DNA of 64,000 nucleotides from NCBI GenBank assembly GCA_036397635.1, contig DASWIP010000038.1:185-64184 (forward strand). Reading direction: 5' to 3'. Positions 9,281-20,607 of this stretch are shown here, in pieces. The notes under the pieces were generated by a model, which ran no database searches, was not told the origin of the DNA, and worked only from the letters and a program-made list of their open reading frames with translations. Both the position numbers and the translations under genes were made by a program. Positions within the stretch are counted from its first letter, which is position 1. Each line of letters starts with the position of its first letter. The DNA is from Actinomycetota bacterium (GTDB taxonomy: Bacteria; Actinomycetota; AC-67).

Positions 9281-10756
9281 ATGAGCCGTTTCGACGACCT
9301 CGAGCAACAGCGTCTTGCGAAGATCGAGGCGCTGCGCGCGCGCGGCGTCGATCCATACCCGGTCCGTTTCGACCGTACCCACACGGCCGCCGAGCTGCAC
9401 GAGGCCTACGACGGGATCGACGCGGGCGCCGTGACCGGCGAGCGTGCGTCTGTGGCGGGGCGGCTGATGCTGCTGCGCGACTCGGGCAAGCTCGCGTTCG
9501 GGATGCTGCGCGACGGGTCCGGCGAGATCCAGTTGTTCTGCGCGCGCGACGTGCTCGACGATGGACAGCTCGACGAGTTCAAGGCGCTCGATCTTGGCGA
9601 CTGGGTTGGCGCGGAGGGCGAGGTCATCAAGACCAAGCGCGGCGAGCTGAGCGTCCGGGTGGATCGCTTCGAGCTGCTCGCCAAAGCGATCAGGCCGTTG
9701 CCCGAGAAGTGGCACGGCCTCCGCGACGTCGAGCAGCGGTTCCGCCTTCGCTACGTGGACCTGCTCGTGAACCCCGAGGCGCGCCGGATCGCCGAACTGC
9801 GCTGCCGCGTCGTCGAGCGCATCCGCACGTTCATGACCGGCCGCGGGTTCCTGGAAGTCGAGACGCCGATGTTGCAGCCTCAACCCGGCGGTGCGCTTGC
9901 GCGGCCGTTCGTGACGCACATGAACGCGCTGGATGTCGACCTGTATCTGCGGATCGCGCCCGAGTTGTACCTTAAGCGCCTGATCGTCGCCGGGTTCGAA
10001 CGCGTCTTCGAGGTCAACCGCAACTTTCGCAACGAGGGGCTCAGCCCGCGGCACAACCCCGAGTTCACCATGCTGGAGGCGTACCAGGCATACGGCGACT
10101 ACTACACGATGATGGAACTGCTCGAAACGATGATCCCGACGGTGACCGGAGATGTGCTCGGGACGACCGAGGTCTCCTACCAGGGCGGGCAGCTCAACCT
10201 CGCCGGACCCTACCCCAGGCTGCGGATGATCGACCTGGTTTCAGACGCGGTGGGCGAGCCGCTTGATCTGGACATGCAGGCCGAGAGGCTGCGTCCCATC
10301 GCCGAAGCTCACGGGGTCGAGGTGGACGCGTCCTGGGGGACCGGGAAGCTGGTCGTCGAGCTCTACGAGAAGCTCGTCGAGCCGGGCTTGATGCAGCCAA
10401 CGTTCGTGCTGGACTTCCCGCGTGAGACCTCTCCGCTGGCCAGGCCGCATCGGGAGGATCCCCGCTTCACCGAGCACTTCGACCTGGTCATCGCCGGTGT
10501 CGAGGTCGGACCGGCGTACTCGGAGCTCAACGACCCGCTCGATCAGCGCGCGCGCTTCGAGGCCCAGGCGGCGGCGCGCGCGGCCGGGGACGAGGAAGCG
10601 ATGACGCTGGATGAGGATTTCCTTCGCGCCTTGGAGTATGGGATGCCACCCACAGGCGGTCTCGGATTCGGGGTTGATCGGTTCATCAGGATCCTTGCGG
10701 ATGCACCCAATCTGCGCGAGGTGATCCTGTTCCCGCTGCTCAGGCCGGAGGGGTAG
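9281..10756 (+). CDS. lysS: lysine--tRNA ligase (class II)
   Basis: OB-fold N-terminus, class II motifs (FRNEGLSPRHNPEFTMLE, GGLGFGVDR), 491 aa. Confidence 0.95.
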   Translation: MSRFDDLEQQRLAKIEALRARGVDPYPVRFDRTHTAAELHEAYDGIDAGAVTGERASVAGRLMLLRDSGKLAFGMLRDGSGEIQLFCARDVLDDGQLDEFKALDLGDWVGAEGEVIKTKRGELSVRVDRFELLAKAIRPLPEKWHGLRDVEQRFRLRYVDLLVNPEARRIAELRCRVVERIRTFMTGRGFLEVETPMLQPQPGGALARPFVTHMNALDVDLYLRIAPELYLKRLIVAGFERVFEVNRNFRNEGLSPRHNPEFTMLEAYQAYGDYYTMMELLETMIPTVTGDVLGTTEVSYQGGQLNLAGPYPRLRMIDLVSDAVGEPLDLDMQAERLRPIAEAHGVEVDASWGTGKLVVELYEKLVEPGLMQPTFVLDFPRETSPLARPHREDPRFTEHFDLVIAGVEVGPAYSELNDPLDQRARFEAQAAARAAGDEEAMTLDEDFLRALEYGMPPTGGLGFGVDRFIRILADAPNLREVILFPLLRPEG

Positions 10757-11153
10757 CGAACGAACGCACGAGCCGGCCATCCACAGGCCATCCACAGGCC
10801 CACCGCCGAGGAAGTTCAGAAAGTCTCCCTCTCGGGCTAACCCAGGCCCCACATGGGTACCGAAGAATCAAATGAGGGCCTGCGACGATGGAGGTGCCGG
10901 ACTATACTCCCGATCCGAAGGGGCCGCCTCGAAGGCGGCCTTCTGCGTCCGGAAGCGACATGGTGTCGGGAAAGGTTGGCATCGAGTGGATGGATCGGAA
11001 CCGGAAACATCCAGAGGCAGTCTGACGTTTCCACAGGTAGGAACGACCCACACCGTTACAGAAACGTAGCAAGGATAAGGGCGGAACCCTTCGGGGAACT
11101 GGCAGCAGACGGATATACTGCCGACGGGACCGCGCTAGAGAAAGGTTTGTGCT

Positions 11154-13649
<2,496 letters not shown>

Positions 13650-13720
13650 CGCACCGCACCTCCGAAGTCAACCCCAGGTGGGGCTACCGTCGGCGCGCGC
13701 GCTGTGTCTAGGATGGGTGT

Positions 13721-14746
13721 ATGGCGCGCGCTGCAGTGAAAGGGCAGGCCAGGACGACGCGCCGGTCGCCTGCGCGTAAGGCGGCGCGGCCGAACCCGGC
13801 TCGTAAGTCGACGCAGGCTTCCGCGCGGAAGGCGGCGCCTGACATCCCCAAGGCACAGAAGCGGGTTCTCGCCTGGTTCGACGTGCACGGCCGGGAGTTC
13901 CCGTGGCGCGAGCAGCGCGACGCCTACCCGACCATGGTGGCGGAGGTCATGCTGCAGCAGACGCAGACCGGACGGGTCGGCCCGTCCTTCGAAGCGTTCC
14001 TCAAGCGGTTCCCGACCTTGTCCAGCCTGGCGCACGCGTCGGCGATGGACGTGATCGCGGCGTGGAAGGGACTCGGCTACAACCGTCGGGCGGTCAACCT
14101 GCAGCGCGCAGCGCAGGTGATCGAGCACGATCACTTGGGGATCGTACCGGAGGACCCGAAGGCGCTCCGCGCACTCCCGGGGATCGGCGAGTACAGCGCG
14201 CACGCGATCGCATGCTTCGCTTACGACTCCCAGGTGCCGGTTATCGACGTCAACGTGTCGCGCGTCCTGTCGCGAGCGGCGCTGGGCATGGACGAAGACG
14301 TCGCGCCCGCGCCGAAGGTCGCCTCGGCAGCGCGCGCGTGGCTCCCGAGCGGAGAGGCGTATAGCTGGAACCAGGCTCTGATGGACATCGGCGCCATGCT
14401 GTGCCGGCACGAGCATCCCCTGTGCGGCAAGTGCCCGCTCCGCTCGGCCTGTGTGTTCCATGGCGCCGGGAAGGACAAACGACCCCCCGCGCCACGGCCG
14501 GCGAAGGAACCGTTCGAAGGGTCGCGCCGCCAGAAGCGCGGCGGCATCATCGACGTGCTGCGCGCGGCGGCGGCGGACGGGATCACGCTGGCGTCGTTGG
14601 GCAAAGTCGTCCACCCGAACGGAGAGGACCGCGACCTGGGATGGCTGGTCGAGCTTCTCGAGGGGTTGGAGCGCGACGGGCTCGTCTCGCTCACGCCCGG
14701 CGCGCGGCGTGGATCGCCCCGCGGGGTCGTGCGGCTTCCAGCCTGA
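13721..14746 (+). CDS. mutY: A/G-specific adenine glycosylase (MutY-like HhH-GPD, Fe-S)
   Basis: Motifs WFDVHGREFPWR, LPGIGEYSAHAI and the Fe-S loop C-x6-C-x2-C-x5-C (CRHEHPLCGKCPLRSAC). Also carries a K/R/A-rich N-terminal tail and a short C-terminal domain with FEGSRRQKRG. Confidence 0.75.
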   Translation: MARAAVKGQARTTRRSPARKAARPNPARKSTQASARKAAPDIPKAQKRVLAWFDVHGREFPWREQRDAYPTMVAEVMLQQTQTGRVGPSFEAFLKRFPTLSSLAHASAMDVIAAWKGLGYNRRAVNLQRAAQVIEHDHLGIVPEDPKALRALPGIGEYSAHAIACFAYDSQVPVIDVNVSRVLSRAALGMDEDVAPAPKVASAARAWLPSGEAYSWNQALMDIGAMLCRHEHPLCGKCPLRSACVFHGAGKDKRPPAPRPAKEPFEGSRRQKRGGIIDVLRAAAADGITLASLGKVVHPNGEDRDLGWLVELLEGLERDGLVSLTPGARRGSPRGVVRLPA

Positions 14747-14747
14747 C

Positions 14748-15722
14748 CTACCCCCGCAGGATGTGGACCGGGGCGCCTGTCCCCTCCGACGAGATCAACA
14801 GGTCCGTTCCGCCCGCCGTGTACGCGATGGCCTCGCCCTGGATGGTCTCCGGAAGCTCGATCACAGCGGGCGCCTCGCCCAACGCTTCGGCGAGCGAACG
14901 ATCCGGGCCGAGGATCCACTCGAAGGCGTACCAGTAGGTGCGAACGATGAAGCGGCTGCGATCGGGTGCGATGTCTCCGCCGGTTGCCTCGACACCGGGC
15001 TCGACGACGATCGGCGCGAAGCTCCAGAGCGGCAGGTCTGCCGTGCGTCGCAAGACGCGGATCGGGTCGTCGGGTGGCCCCTCGGCCTCGAACAGCAGGC
15101 TGTTGCCGAGGCGATCCTTGGTGATGATGGCGAACCGTCCGTATGCCGCCACGTCCACGAGCAACGTCTCCGCGTCGTGCCGGCCGAGATCCTCGTAGAC
15201 CAGGACGTGGCGCCGTGCGAGGACGGTCCTGACGTCATCGGGGCTCGAGCCGTCTATGACGGGCTCCGGCACCTCGTAGATGGCGATGAACGGGTGAACG
15301 TGGCTGTTGTCGCCGATGTCGGCGAAGAACAGCGCCGGCGAGCCGTCGGCCCCAGGTCCGCGAGCCACGTCCTCCCAGTCCACCGCGACCGCGCCGACGA
15401 TCAGGAAGGTGGCCCGCGTTTCCCCGTCGGGGCCGACCGCGAAGAAACGTGCTTGGTCGCCCGAGTCGTTGTGCGTGAACAGGATGTCCGGCTGTGAGCT
15501 GCTCGCCAGGCCGCTGGATTCGGCGATGGAGTTGTCCTGGAACGTGAACAGGATCTCGGCCGGCTGGTATGCGTGCGCGGTAGAGGGAACCGTCGTAAGC
15601 ACGAAGGCAAGCAGGATCGCAGAGGGCCGGGCGGTCACGCCCTCCGTTTCGCCTCGCGCTATCCATCTTCCTGCTGGCGGCCTCCATGTCCACCAGGTGG
15701 CCGCTACCCTGTGTGCGAACAT
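14748..15722 (-). CDS. secreted hypothetical protein (possible beta-propeller)
   Basis: Signal-like segment RPSAILLAFVLTTVPSTAHA. Repeated ESSGL/NDSGD/GDIGDN-type motifs and high GC3. Start is uncertain: ATG 15722 or GTG 15638. Confidence 0.5.
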   Translation of the reverse strand: MFAHRVAATWWTWRPPAGRWIARGETEGVTARPSAILLAFVLTTVPSTAHAYQPAEILFTFQDNSIAESSGLASSSQPDILFTHNDSGDQARFFAVGPDGETRATFLIVGAVAVDWEDVARGPGADGSPALFFADIGDNSHVHPFIAIYEVPEPVIDGSSPDDVRTVLARRHVLVYEDLGRHDAETLLVDVAAYGRFAIITKDRLGNSLLFEAEGPPDDPIRVLRRTADLPLWSFAPIVVEPGVEATGGDIAPDRSRFIVRTYWYAFEWILGPDRSLAEALGEAPAVIELPETIQGEAIAYTAGGTDLLISSEGTGAPVHILRG

Positions 15723-16692
15723 GATGGTCTTCCCTTTCGAGGTCCCGGGCCCTGCCTACCGCGCACGTCAAGTACGCGCGTGGGCTTTCGAGCGCTTCGC
15801 GCGGACCTTCGACCAGATGACCGATCTGCCGGCGCCGCTCCGGGACGAGCTGGTCGCGCGATACGGCGCCCTCCGACCGGAGCCGGTGGACGTCCGGGTG
15901 GCCGATCGAGGTGGCACGATCAAAGCCGTGTTCCCCGGTTCCTACGAGACCGTGGCGATGCGATACCCCGATCGTCGGACCGTCTGTATCTCGTCCCAGG
16001 CCGGATGCGGGCTCGGCTGCACCTTCTGCGCGACCGGTCAGATGGGACTGATCCGCAACCTCGATGCATGGGAGATCGTCGCGCAGGTGTTGTGGGCCGG
16101 CGAGGCGCTCGGCGGGCGCCCGACGAACGTGGTGCTGATGGGGATGGGTGAGCCGCTGGCCAACTACGACCACGTGCTCGAGGCCGTGCGCTCGATCCAC
16201 GCCGATGCGGGGGTCTCGGCTCGCAAGATCACGGTGTCGACGGTGGGGCTCGTCCCGCAGATCGACCGGCTTGCCGCCGAGGACCTGCCGGTGACGCTCG
16301 CGCTCTCGCTGCACGCGCCCGACGACGAGACGCGCTCGAGCCTGGTGCCGGTGAACCAGCGGTGGCCCGTCGCAGCATGCATAGCGGCCGCAAAACGGTT
16401 CCGAGTAGCGCACGGGCGCCGCGTCAGTATCGAGTATGCGCTGATCCAGGACGTGAACGATCACCCCTGGCAGGCTGAGATGCTCGCCGACCTGCTGCGC
16501 GGGAGCGACATCCACGTGAACCTGATCCCGCTCAACCCGACGCCGGGCTTCGGGGTCCCGGGCTCGCGGCGGGTCGAGTCCTTCCGCCGCCGCCTGGTGG
16601 ACCGGGGTGCGAATGCCACCATCCGGGACACGCGGGGCCGGGATATCGACGCCGCGTGTGGGCAGTTGGCGATCGAGGCGGCGCGCGCGTGA
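15721..16692 (+). CDS. rlmN: 23S rRNA/tRNA (adenine-C2)-methyltransferase RlmN (radical SAM)
   Basis: Motifs YRARQVRAW, CISSQAGCGLGCTFCATG and IPLNP. ATG 15721 was chosen inside the long ORF 15307..16692. Confidence 0.9.
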   Translation: MMVFPFEVPGPAYRARQVRAWAFERFARTFDQMTDLPAPLRDELVARYGALRPEPVDVRVADRGGTIKAVFPGSYETVAMRYPDRRTVCISSQAGCGLGCTFCATGQMGLIRNLDAWEIVAQVLWAGEALGGRPTNVVLMGMGEPLANYDHVLEAVRSIHADAGVSARKITVSTVGLVPQIDRLAAEDLPVTLALSLHAPDDETRSSLVPVNQRWPVAACIAAAKRFRVAHGRRVSIEYALIQDVNDHPWQAEMLADLLRGSDIHVNLIPLNPTPGFGVPGSRRVESFRRRLVDRGANATIRDTRGRDIDAACGQLAIEAARA

Positions 16693-17132
16693 AGCGAGCG
16701 GTCGTCGCCCTCGTCCTGCTGCTCGCCGCGTGCGGTGGGAGCGACCTTCGCGCGGTGACGCAGGTCAGGGTCCAGGTCGAGGTGCGGGCCGACGACCAAG
16801 GGCCCCTGGAGACCGGCCTGGTGATCTGTGACGGACGACAGGCGCGGGGCACCGGCCTGTATGCGGACGAGGTGAGCGCAGTTCGCGCCTGCGACGCGAT
16901 CCGCTCGAACCTGGCCGTCCAGCGCCTGCTGTTCTCCGGCCCCGATCCGGACAGGGCATGTCCGGAGATCTACGGCGGGCCGCAGCGGGCCAAGGTCGCC
17001 GGGGTGGTCGACGGGCAAGAGGTGGACGTCAGGATCGATCGAACGAACGGCTGCGGGATCGACGACTGGAACGCGCTCGAACCGCTGATCGGTCCGCCAC
17101 TCGAGCCGGCGACACCCGCCTACGACGGCTGA
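16689..17132 (+). CDS. lipoprotein with subtilisin-inhibitor (SSI)-like four-Cys domain
   Basis: Signal and lipobox VALVLLLAAC. Four Cys are spaced as in SSI (..ICDG.., ..RACDAI.., ..RACPEIYGGP.., ..RTNGCG..). GTG 16689 overlaps the rlmN stop (GTGA). Confidence 0.5.
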   Translation: MKRAVVALVLLLAACGGSDLRAVTQVRVQVEVRADDQGPLETGLVICDGRQARGTGLYADEVSAVRACDAIRSNLAVQRLLFSGPDPDRACPEIYGGPQRAKVAGVVDGQEVDVRIDRTNGCGIDDWNALEPLIGPPLEPATPAYDG

Positions 17133-17138
17133 GGAACG

Positions 17139-17405
17139 CTAGCCCGCGCGGCGACGAGATGCCAGGGGGATGATGTCCGCGGTGTGCTCGAGCGGAGCCG
17201 GAGCGTTGAAGATGTCGATCCGAGCCCTCCCGCCGCGAGGTTCCTTGCGCATCGCACGACGCAGACGGCGGAACGCCTCCCACGGCTCGTTCGGGTCAAC
17301 GGACGCCAGGACGAGACGGCGCTCCTCCTCGAGGAGGGCGCCGACATAGTCGGGACGCTGCTGGGCGGTCTGCATCGGCGATCGCTGTGACAGTTCGCGA
17401 GTCAT
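17139..17405 (-). CDS. hypothetical protein (88 aa)
   Basis: ATG 17405 is preceded by GGGAGGA at about 9 nt. GC3 is high, and I recognise no family. Confidence 0.4.
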   Translation of the reverse strand: MTRELSQRSPMQTAQQRPDYVGALLEEERRLVLASVDPNEPWEAFRRLRRAMRKEPRGGRARIDIFNAPAPLEHTADIIPLASRRRAG

Positions 17406-17656
17406 AGCCGGAATCCTCCCTATCCATCCCGTTCTGTCCGCATCTGCTGGGATCGGGTATGTGTCTTGCCCTCCGATACCCAAGAACGACGTCGTACAAG
17501 CGACGTTCTAGACGCGGTCCCGAAATTTCGGGACGAACCTTCGACGCGTCCGATTGGGATCTGGCAGGCGTGGATCGCTTGGTCGCGCCGAGGTGGCAGG
17601 AGATCCCTTTGAGGGGCTACCATGAGCCTTTCAGGCTATCTACCTGCGGTTTTGGT

Positions 17657-17685
17657 TTGCGCTCCAGTCTACTGTCTGGTAGTAT
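17657..17685 (+). promoter_or_regulatory. putative sigma-70-type promoter of carD
   Basis: TTGCGC, then 17 nt, then TGgTAGTAT (extended -10). It ends 12 nt before the carD ATG region. Confidence 0.35.
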
Positions 17686-17697
17686 CAAAGGTCCTTC

Positions 17698-18207
17698 ATG
17701 AGTAGAGTGCGATTCAAAGTTGGTGACAAGGTCGTCTACCCGCATCACGGGGCGGCTGTCATCGAGGGGGTCCAGGACCGGGTCATGGACGGCGCGAGCC
17801 GTCGCTACTGGGTCATCCGTCTCTCTTATGGCGATCTGACCCTTATGGTGCCCCAAGACGGCACCGACGAGGTCGGTCTTCGCAACGTCGTGAACAAGAA
17901 AGAGCTCGACCAGGTCTGGAAGATCCTGCAGTCGAAGAAGCAGGCTCCGACCCCGTCGAACTGGTCGCGCCGCTTCAAGGGCCACGTCGAGAAGCTGCGG
18001 TCTGGGGATATCTACCAGGTCGCTGAGGTGGTTCGGAACCTCTCGAACCGGGACAAGACCAAGGGGCTCTCGGCGGGCGAGAAGCGGATGCTCACCAAGG
18101 CCCGCCAGATCCTGGTTTCCGAGTTGACCTTCGCGGCCGGCGTCAAGGAAGAGCGCGCGGAGGAGATGCTCGACGATGTCCTCGGCGTTACCAACGGCTC
18201 TAACTAG
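17698..18207 (+). CDS. carD: CarD-family RNA-polymerase-binding transcriptional regulator
   Basis: FKVGDKVVYPHHGAAVIEG (Tudor-like RID domain) and a C-terminal helical domain. 169 aa. Confidence 0.9.
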   Translation: MSRVRFKVGDKVVYPHHGAAVIEGVQDRVMDGASRRYWVIRLSYGDLTLMVPQDGTDEVGLRNVVNKKELDQVWKILQSKKQAPTPSNWSRRFKGHVEKLRSGDIYQVAEVVRNLSNRDKTKGLSAGEKRMLTKARQILVSELTFAAGVKEERAEEMLDDVLGVTNGSN

Positions 18208-18299
18208 CCCGGCTCTCTCGGGGCCCCACAGGGGGCCTCGTTTTGCATCTCGGGGCATGGCTCTCCCACCGGCCCTCGGGCCTCTGCCACACTAGAGCC

Positions 18300-19385
18300 G
18301 TGGAGCGCCGTGGGATCGTGCTCGTCGAGCTGGTCCGTGTGGCGGTCGTGGGGGTGTTCACCGCGGCCGGATACGCCTTCTCTCGCGAGATCGTGGACGA
18401 GATCGACTCGAGCCGCGTGCTTCTCGGCACCGTGCTCGGAAGCGCAATCGGCTACGTGGTCGGCGGCGTGCTCGGTCGCCGGATCGGCGCGGCAGTCGGG
18501 GTCGCCGAGCGTCGCATCGCGGCGCTGGCGGGGGCCGATCTGGTCGCGGGGGCCATGGGCTTGGTCGCGGGTGGCCTGGTGGGGATCGTGCTCGGTCTGC
18601 CACTGATGCTCGTGCCTGATCGTGTCGTGGGTATCGCCATCCTCTGGCTCGTCGTGATCGTGAGTGGCTCGCTTGGCTATCGGATCGCGATCGCCAAGCG
18701 CGAGGACATCCTGCAGCTGTTCGGCCTCACGTTTCGGACCCGGGCGGCCGATCTCCGCGTCCTTGACACCAGCGCCATCCTCAACGCCCGCTTGCTGGAC
18801 TACGTGCGCGCTGGGCTGATCCGGGGCACGCTCCTGCTCCCCGGGTTCGTGCTGGAGGAGGCGCAAGGGATCGCCGACTCCGCCGATCACGTCCGCAGGC
18901 GCCGCGCGCGCCACGGGCTGGAGGCCCTTGCTGCGATCCGGCGGGAAGAACTCTGCGACGTGCGGACCGTAGAGAAGACCTACCCCGAGTTCGCTGAGGT
19001 GGATGCGAAGGTGATCGCGCTCGCGCGAGAGCGAGGCGCGGCGATCGTGACCGACGATGGCGCCCTCGCGCAGGTCGCGGAGCTGCAGGGCATCGAGGTG
19101 GTCCTGTTACGCCGGGTCGCGACCGCGCTTCGTCCGGCCGTCCTGCCCGGCGAGCAGATCCGGCTCGAGCTTGCGCGCGAGGGCCGGGAGCCCGGCCAGG
19201 GGGTCGGCTACCTGGACGACGGGACGATGGTGGTCGTCGAGCAGGCAGCAGCAGAGATCGGTCGCCACGTGGATGCCGTGGTCAACAGGATCGTGCAGAC
19301 CCCCGGCGGACGGATGCTGTTCGCGCGGCTGGCGGATGGCGCCGTGACGCCCGAGTCGGCACCCGCGCGCGAGGAGGGGGCATGA
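18300..19385 (+). CDS. PIN/TRAM-domain integral membrane protein (YacL-like)
   Basis: N-terminal TM helices, a PIN block (RVLDTSAILNARL...IVTDD) and a C-terminal TRAM-like block (GQGVGYLDDGTMVVV). GTG 18300 is assumed; the ORF is open from 18243. Confidence 0.75.
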   Translation: MERRGIVLVELVRVAVVGVFTAAGYAFSREIVDEIDSSRVLLGTVLGSAIGYVVGGVLGRRIGAAVGVAERRIAALAGADLVAGAMGLVAGGLVGIVLGLPLMLVPDRVVGIAILWLVVIVSGSLGYRIAIAKREDILQLFGLTFRTRAADLRVLDTSAILNARLLDYVRAGLIRGTLLLPGFVLEEAQGIADSADHVRRRRARHGLEALAAIRREELCDVRTVEKTYPEFAEVDAKVIALARERGAAIVTDDGALAQVAELQGIEVVLLRRVATALRPAVLPGEQIRLELAREGREPGQGVGYLDDGTMVVVEQAAAEIGRHVDAVVNRIVQTPGGRMLFARLADGAVTPESAPAREEGA

Positions 19386-20074
19386 GCGCGTGGGGGCTCA
19401 TCCCAGCGGCGGGCGCCGGCGAGCGGCTGATGATGCACGACGGGATCCCGAAGGCCATGCGTCCTGTCGCCGGCAGTGCGATGTTCGTCCACTCATTGCG
19501 GGCGTTCGATGCCGTCGATGCGATCGAGGGTGCTGTACTCGTCGTGGATGAGCTCTGGATGGAGCACGCGTTATCCGAGCTGGTCAAGGAGAGTCTGCGG
19601 ATCAAGCTCGAGCTGATCGGAGGCGGGCCGAGTAGGCAAGCCTCGGTCACCCAGGGGCTCAAGGCGGTGCCCCCGACCGTCGATGCCGTGGTCGTGCACG
19701 ACGCCGCGCGCCCGCTCGTCGATCCCCAGCTGGTCCAGCGTGTCCTCATGGCGCTGGACGAAGCGGACGGCGCCGTGTGCGCCGTTGCCCTCGAGGACAC
19801 CCTGAAGCGCGCAGACGATCTGGTCGTCACCCAGACCGTGCCACGCGATGGTCTCTGGCGGGCGCAGACGCCGCAGGCTTTCCGAGCGGCCGTGCTTCGC
19901 GATGCCCACGCGCGCGCGCGCGAAGATGCATTCGAGGGGACCGACGACGCCGTCCTGGTCGAGCGAGCAGGTGGCCATGTGACCCTCGTCGACGGCGATC
20001 CTCGCAACGTCAAGATCACAACGGTCGGGGATCTGGCGCTGGCCGAGATGCTCCTGGAGGAAGGCGCGAGGTGA
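19382..20074 (+). CDS. ispD: 2-C-methyl-D-erythritol 4-phosphate cytidylyltransferase
   Basis: Motifs IPAAGAGERL, VVVHDAARPL and RAQTPQAF. ATGA overlap with the upstream gene. Confidence 0.9.
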   Translation: MSAWGLIPAAGAGERLMMHDGIPKAMRPVAGSAMFVHSLRAFDAVDAIEGAVLVVDELWMEHALSELVKESLRIKLELIGGGPSRQASVTQGLKAVPPTVDAVVVHDAARPLVDPQLVQRVLMALDEADGAVCAVALEDTLKRADDLVVTQTVPRDGLWRAQTPQAFRAAVLRDAHARAREDAFEGTDDAVLVERAGGHVTLVDGDPRNVKITTVGDLALAEMLLEEGAR

Positions 20075-20565
20075 TGAGGACGGAGTCGAGCTCTCGCTCG
20101 GGGATCGGGTTCGACGTTCACGCGTTCGCCGACGACAGGCCGCTAGTCTTGGGCGGCGTCACCATCCCGTCTGAGCGCGGACTCGCCGGCCACTCCGACG
20201 CCGACGTGCTCTCTCATGCTATCGCCGATGCGATCCTGGGCGGTGCCGCCCTCGGGGATCTGGGCGATTACTTCCCCGACGACGACGACCGCTGGGCGGG
20301 TGCGGACTCGACCGAGTTCGTCGTGCGTTCCGCGGCGATGATCCGGCCGGTCGCGCTGCGTGTCGTGTGCGTCGACGCGACGGTGATCCTCGAGGAACCC
20401 AAGATCGGCAAATACCGGCCGCAGATCCGCGCCCTGCTCGCGGAGGTCCTCGGGCTGGAGATCGATCGCGTCAGCGTGAAGGCGAAGACCACGGACGGGC
20501 TCGGCTTCATCGGGCGCGGCGAAGGCGCCGCCGCGCTGGCCGTCGTGACGCTGGAGTCGACCTAG
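20074..20565 (+). CDS. ispF: 2-C-methyl-D-erythritol 2,4-cyclodiphosphate synthase
   Basis: Motifs GIGFDVHAF, GHSDADVLSHAI and GDLGDYFP. The start overlaps the ispD stop. Confidence 0.9.
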   Translation: MRTESSSRSGIGFDVHAFADDRPLVLGGVTIPSERGLAGHSDADVLSHAIADAILGGAALGDLGDYFPDDDDRWAGADSTEFVVRSAAMIRPVALRVVCVDATVILEEPKIGKYRPQIRALLAEVLGLEIDRVSVKAKTTDGLGFIGRGEGAAALAVVTLEST

Positions 20566-20607
20566 GTGGTCGCCTGGGGCCGATGAGCCTCCGGTAGACT
20601 CCGCGCC

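Noticed and set aside
10757-11153. A missed lsr2, ctsR or small protein gene upstream of clpC (ORFs 10853..11173, 10872..11069 and minus-strand ORFs).
   Set aside because: The translations show no coding bias, ribosome-binding site or recognisable motifs. The region is treated as non-coding and reported as a finding instead.
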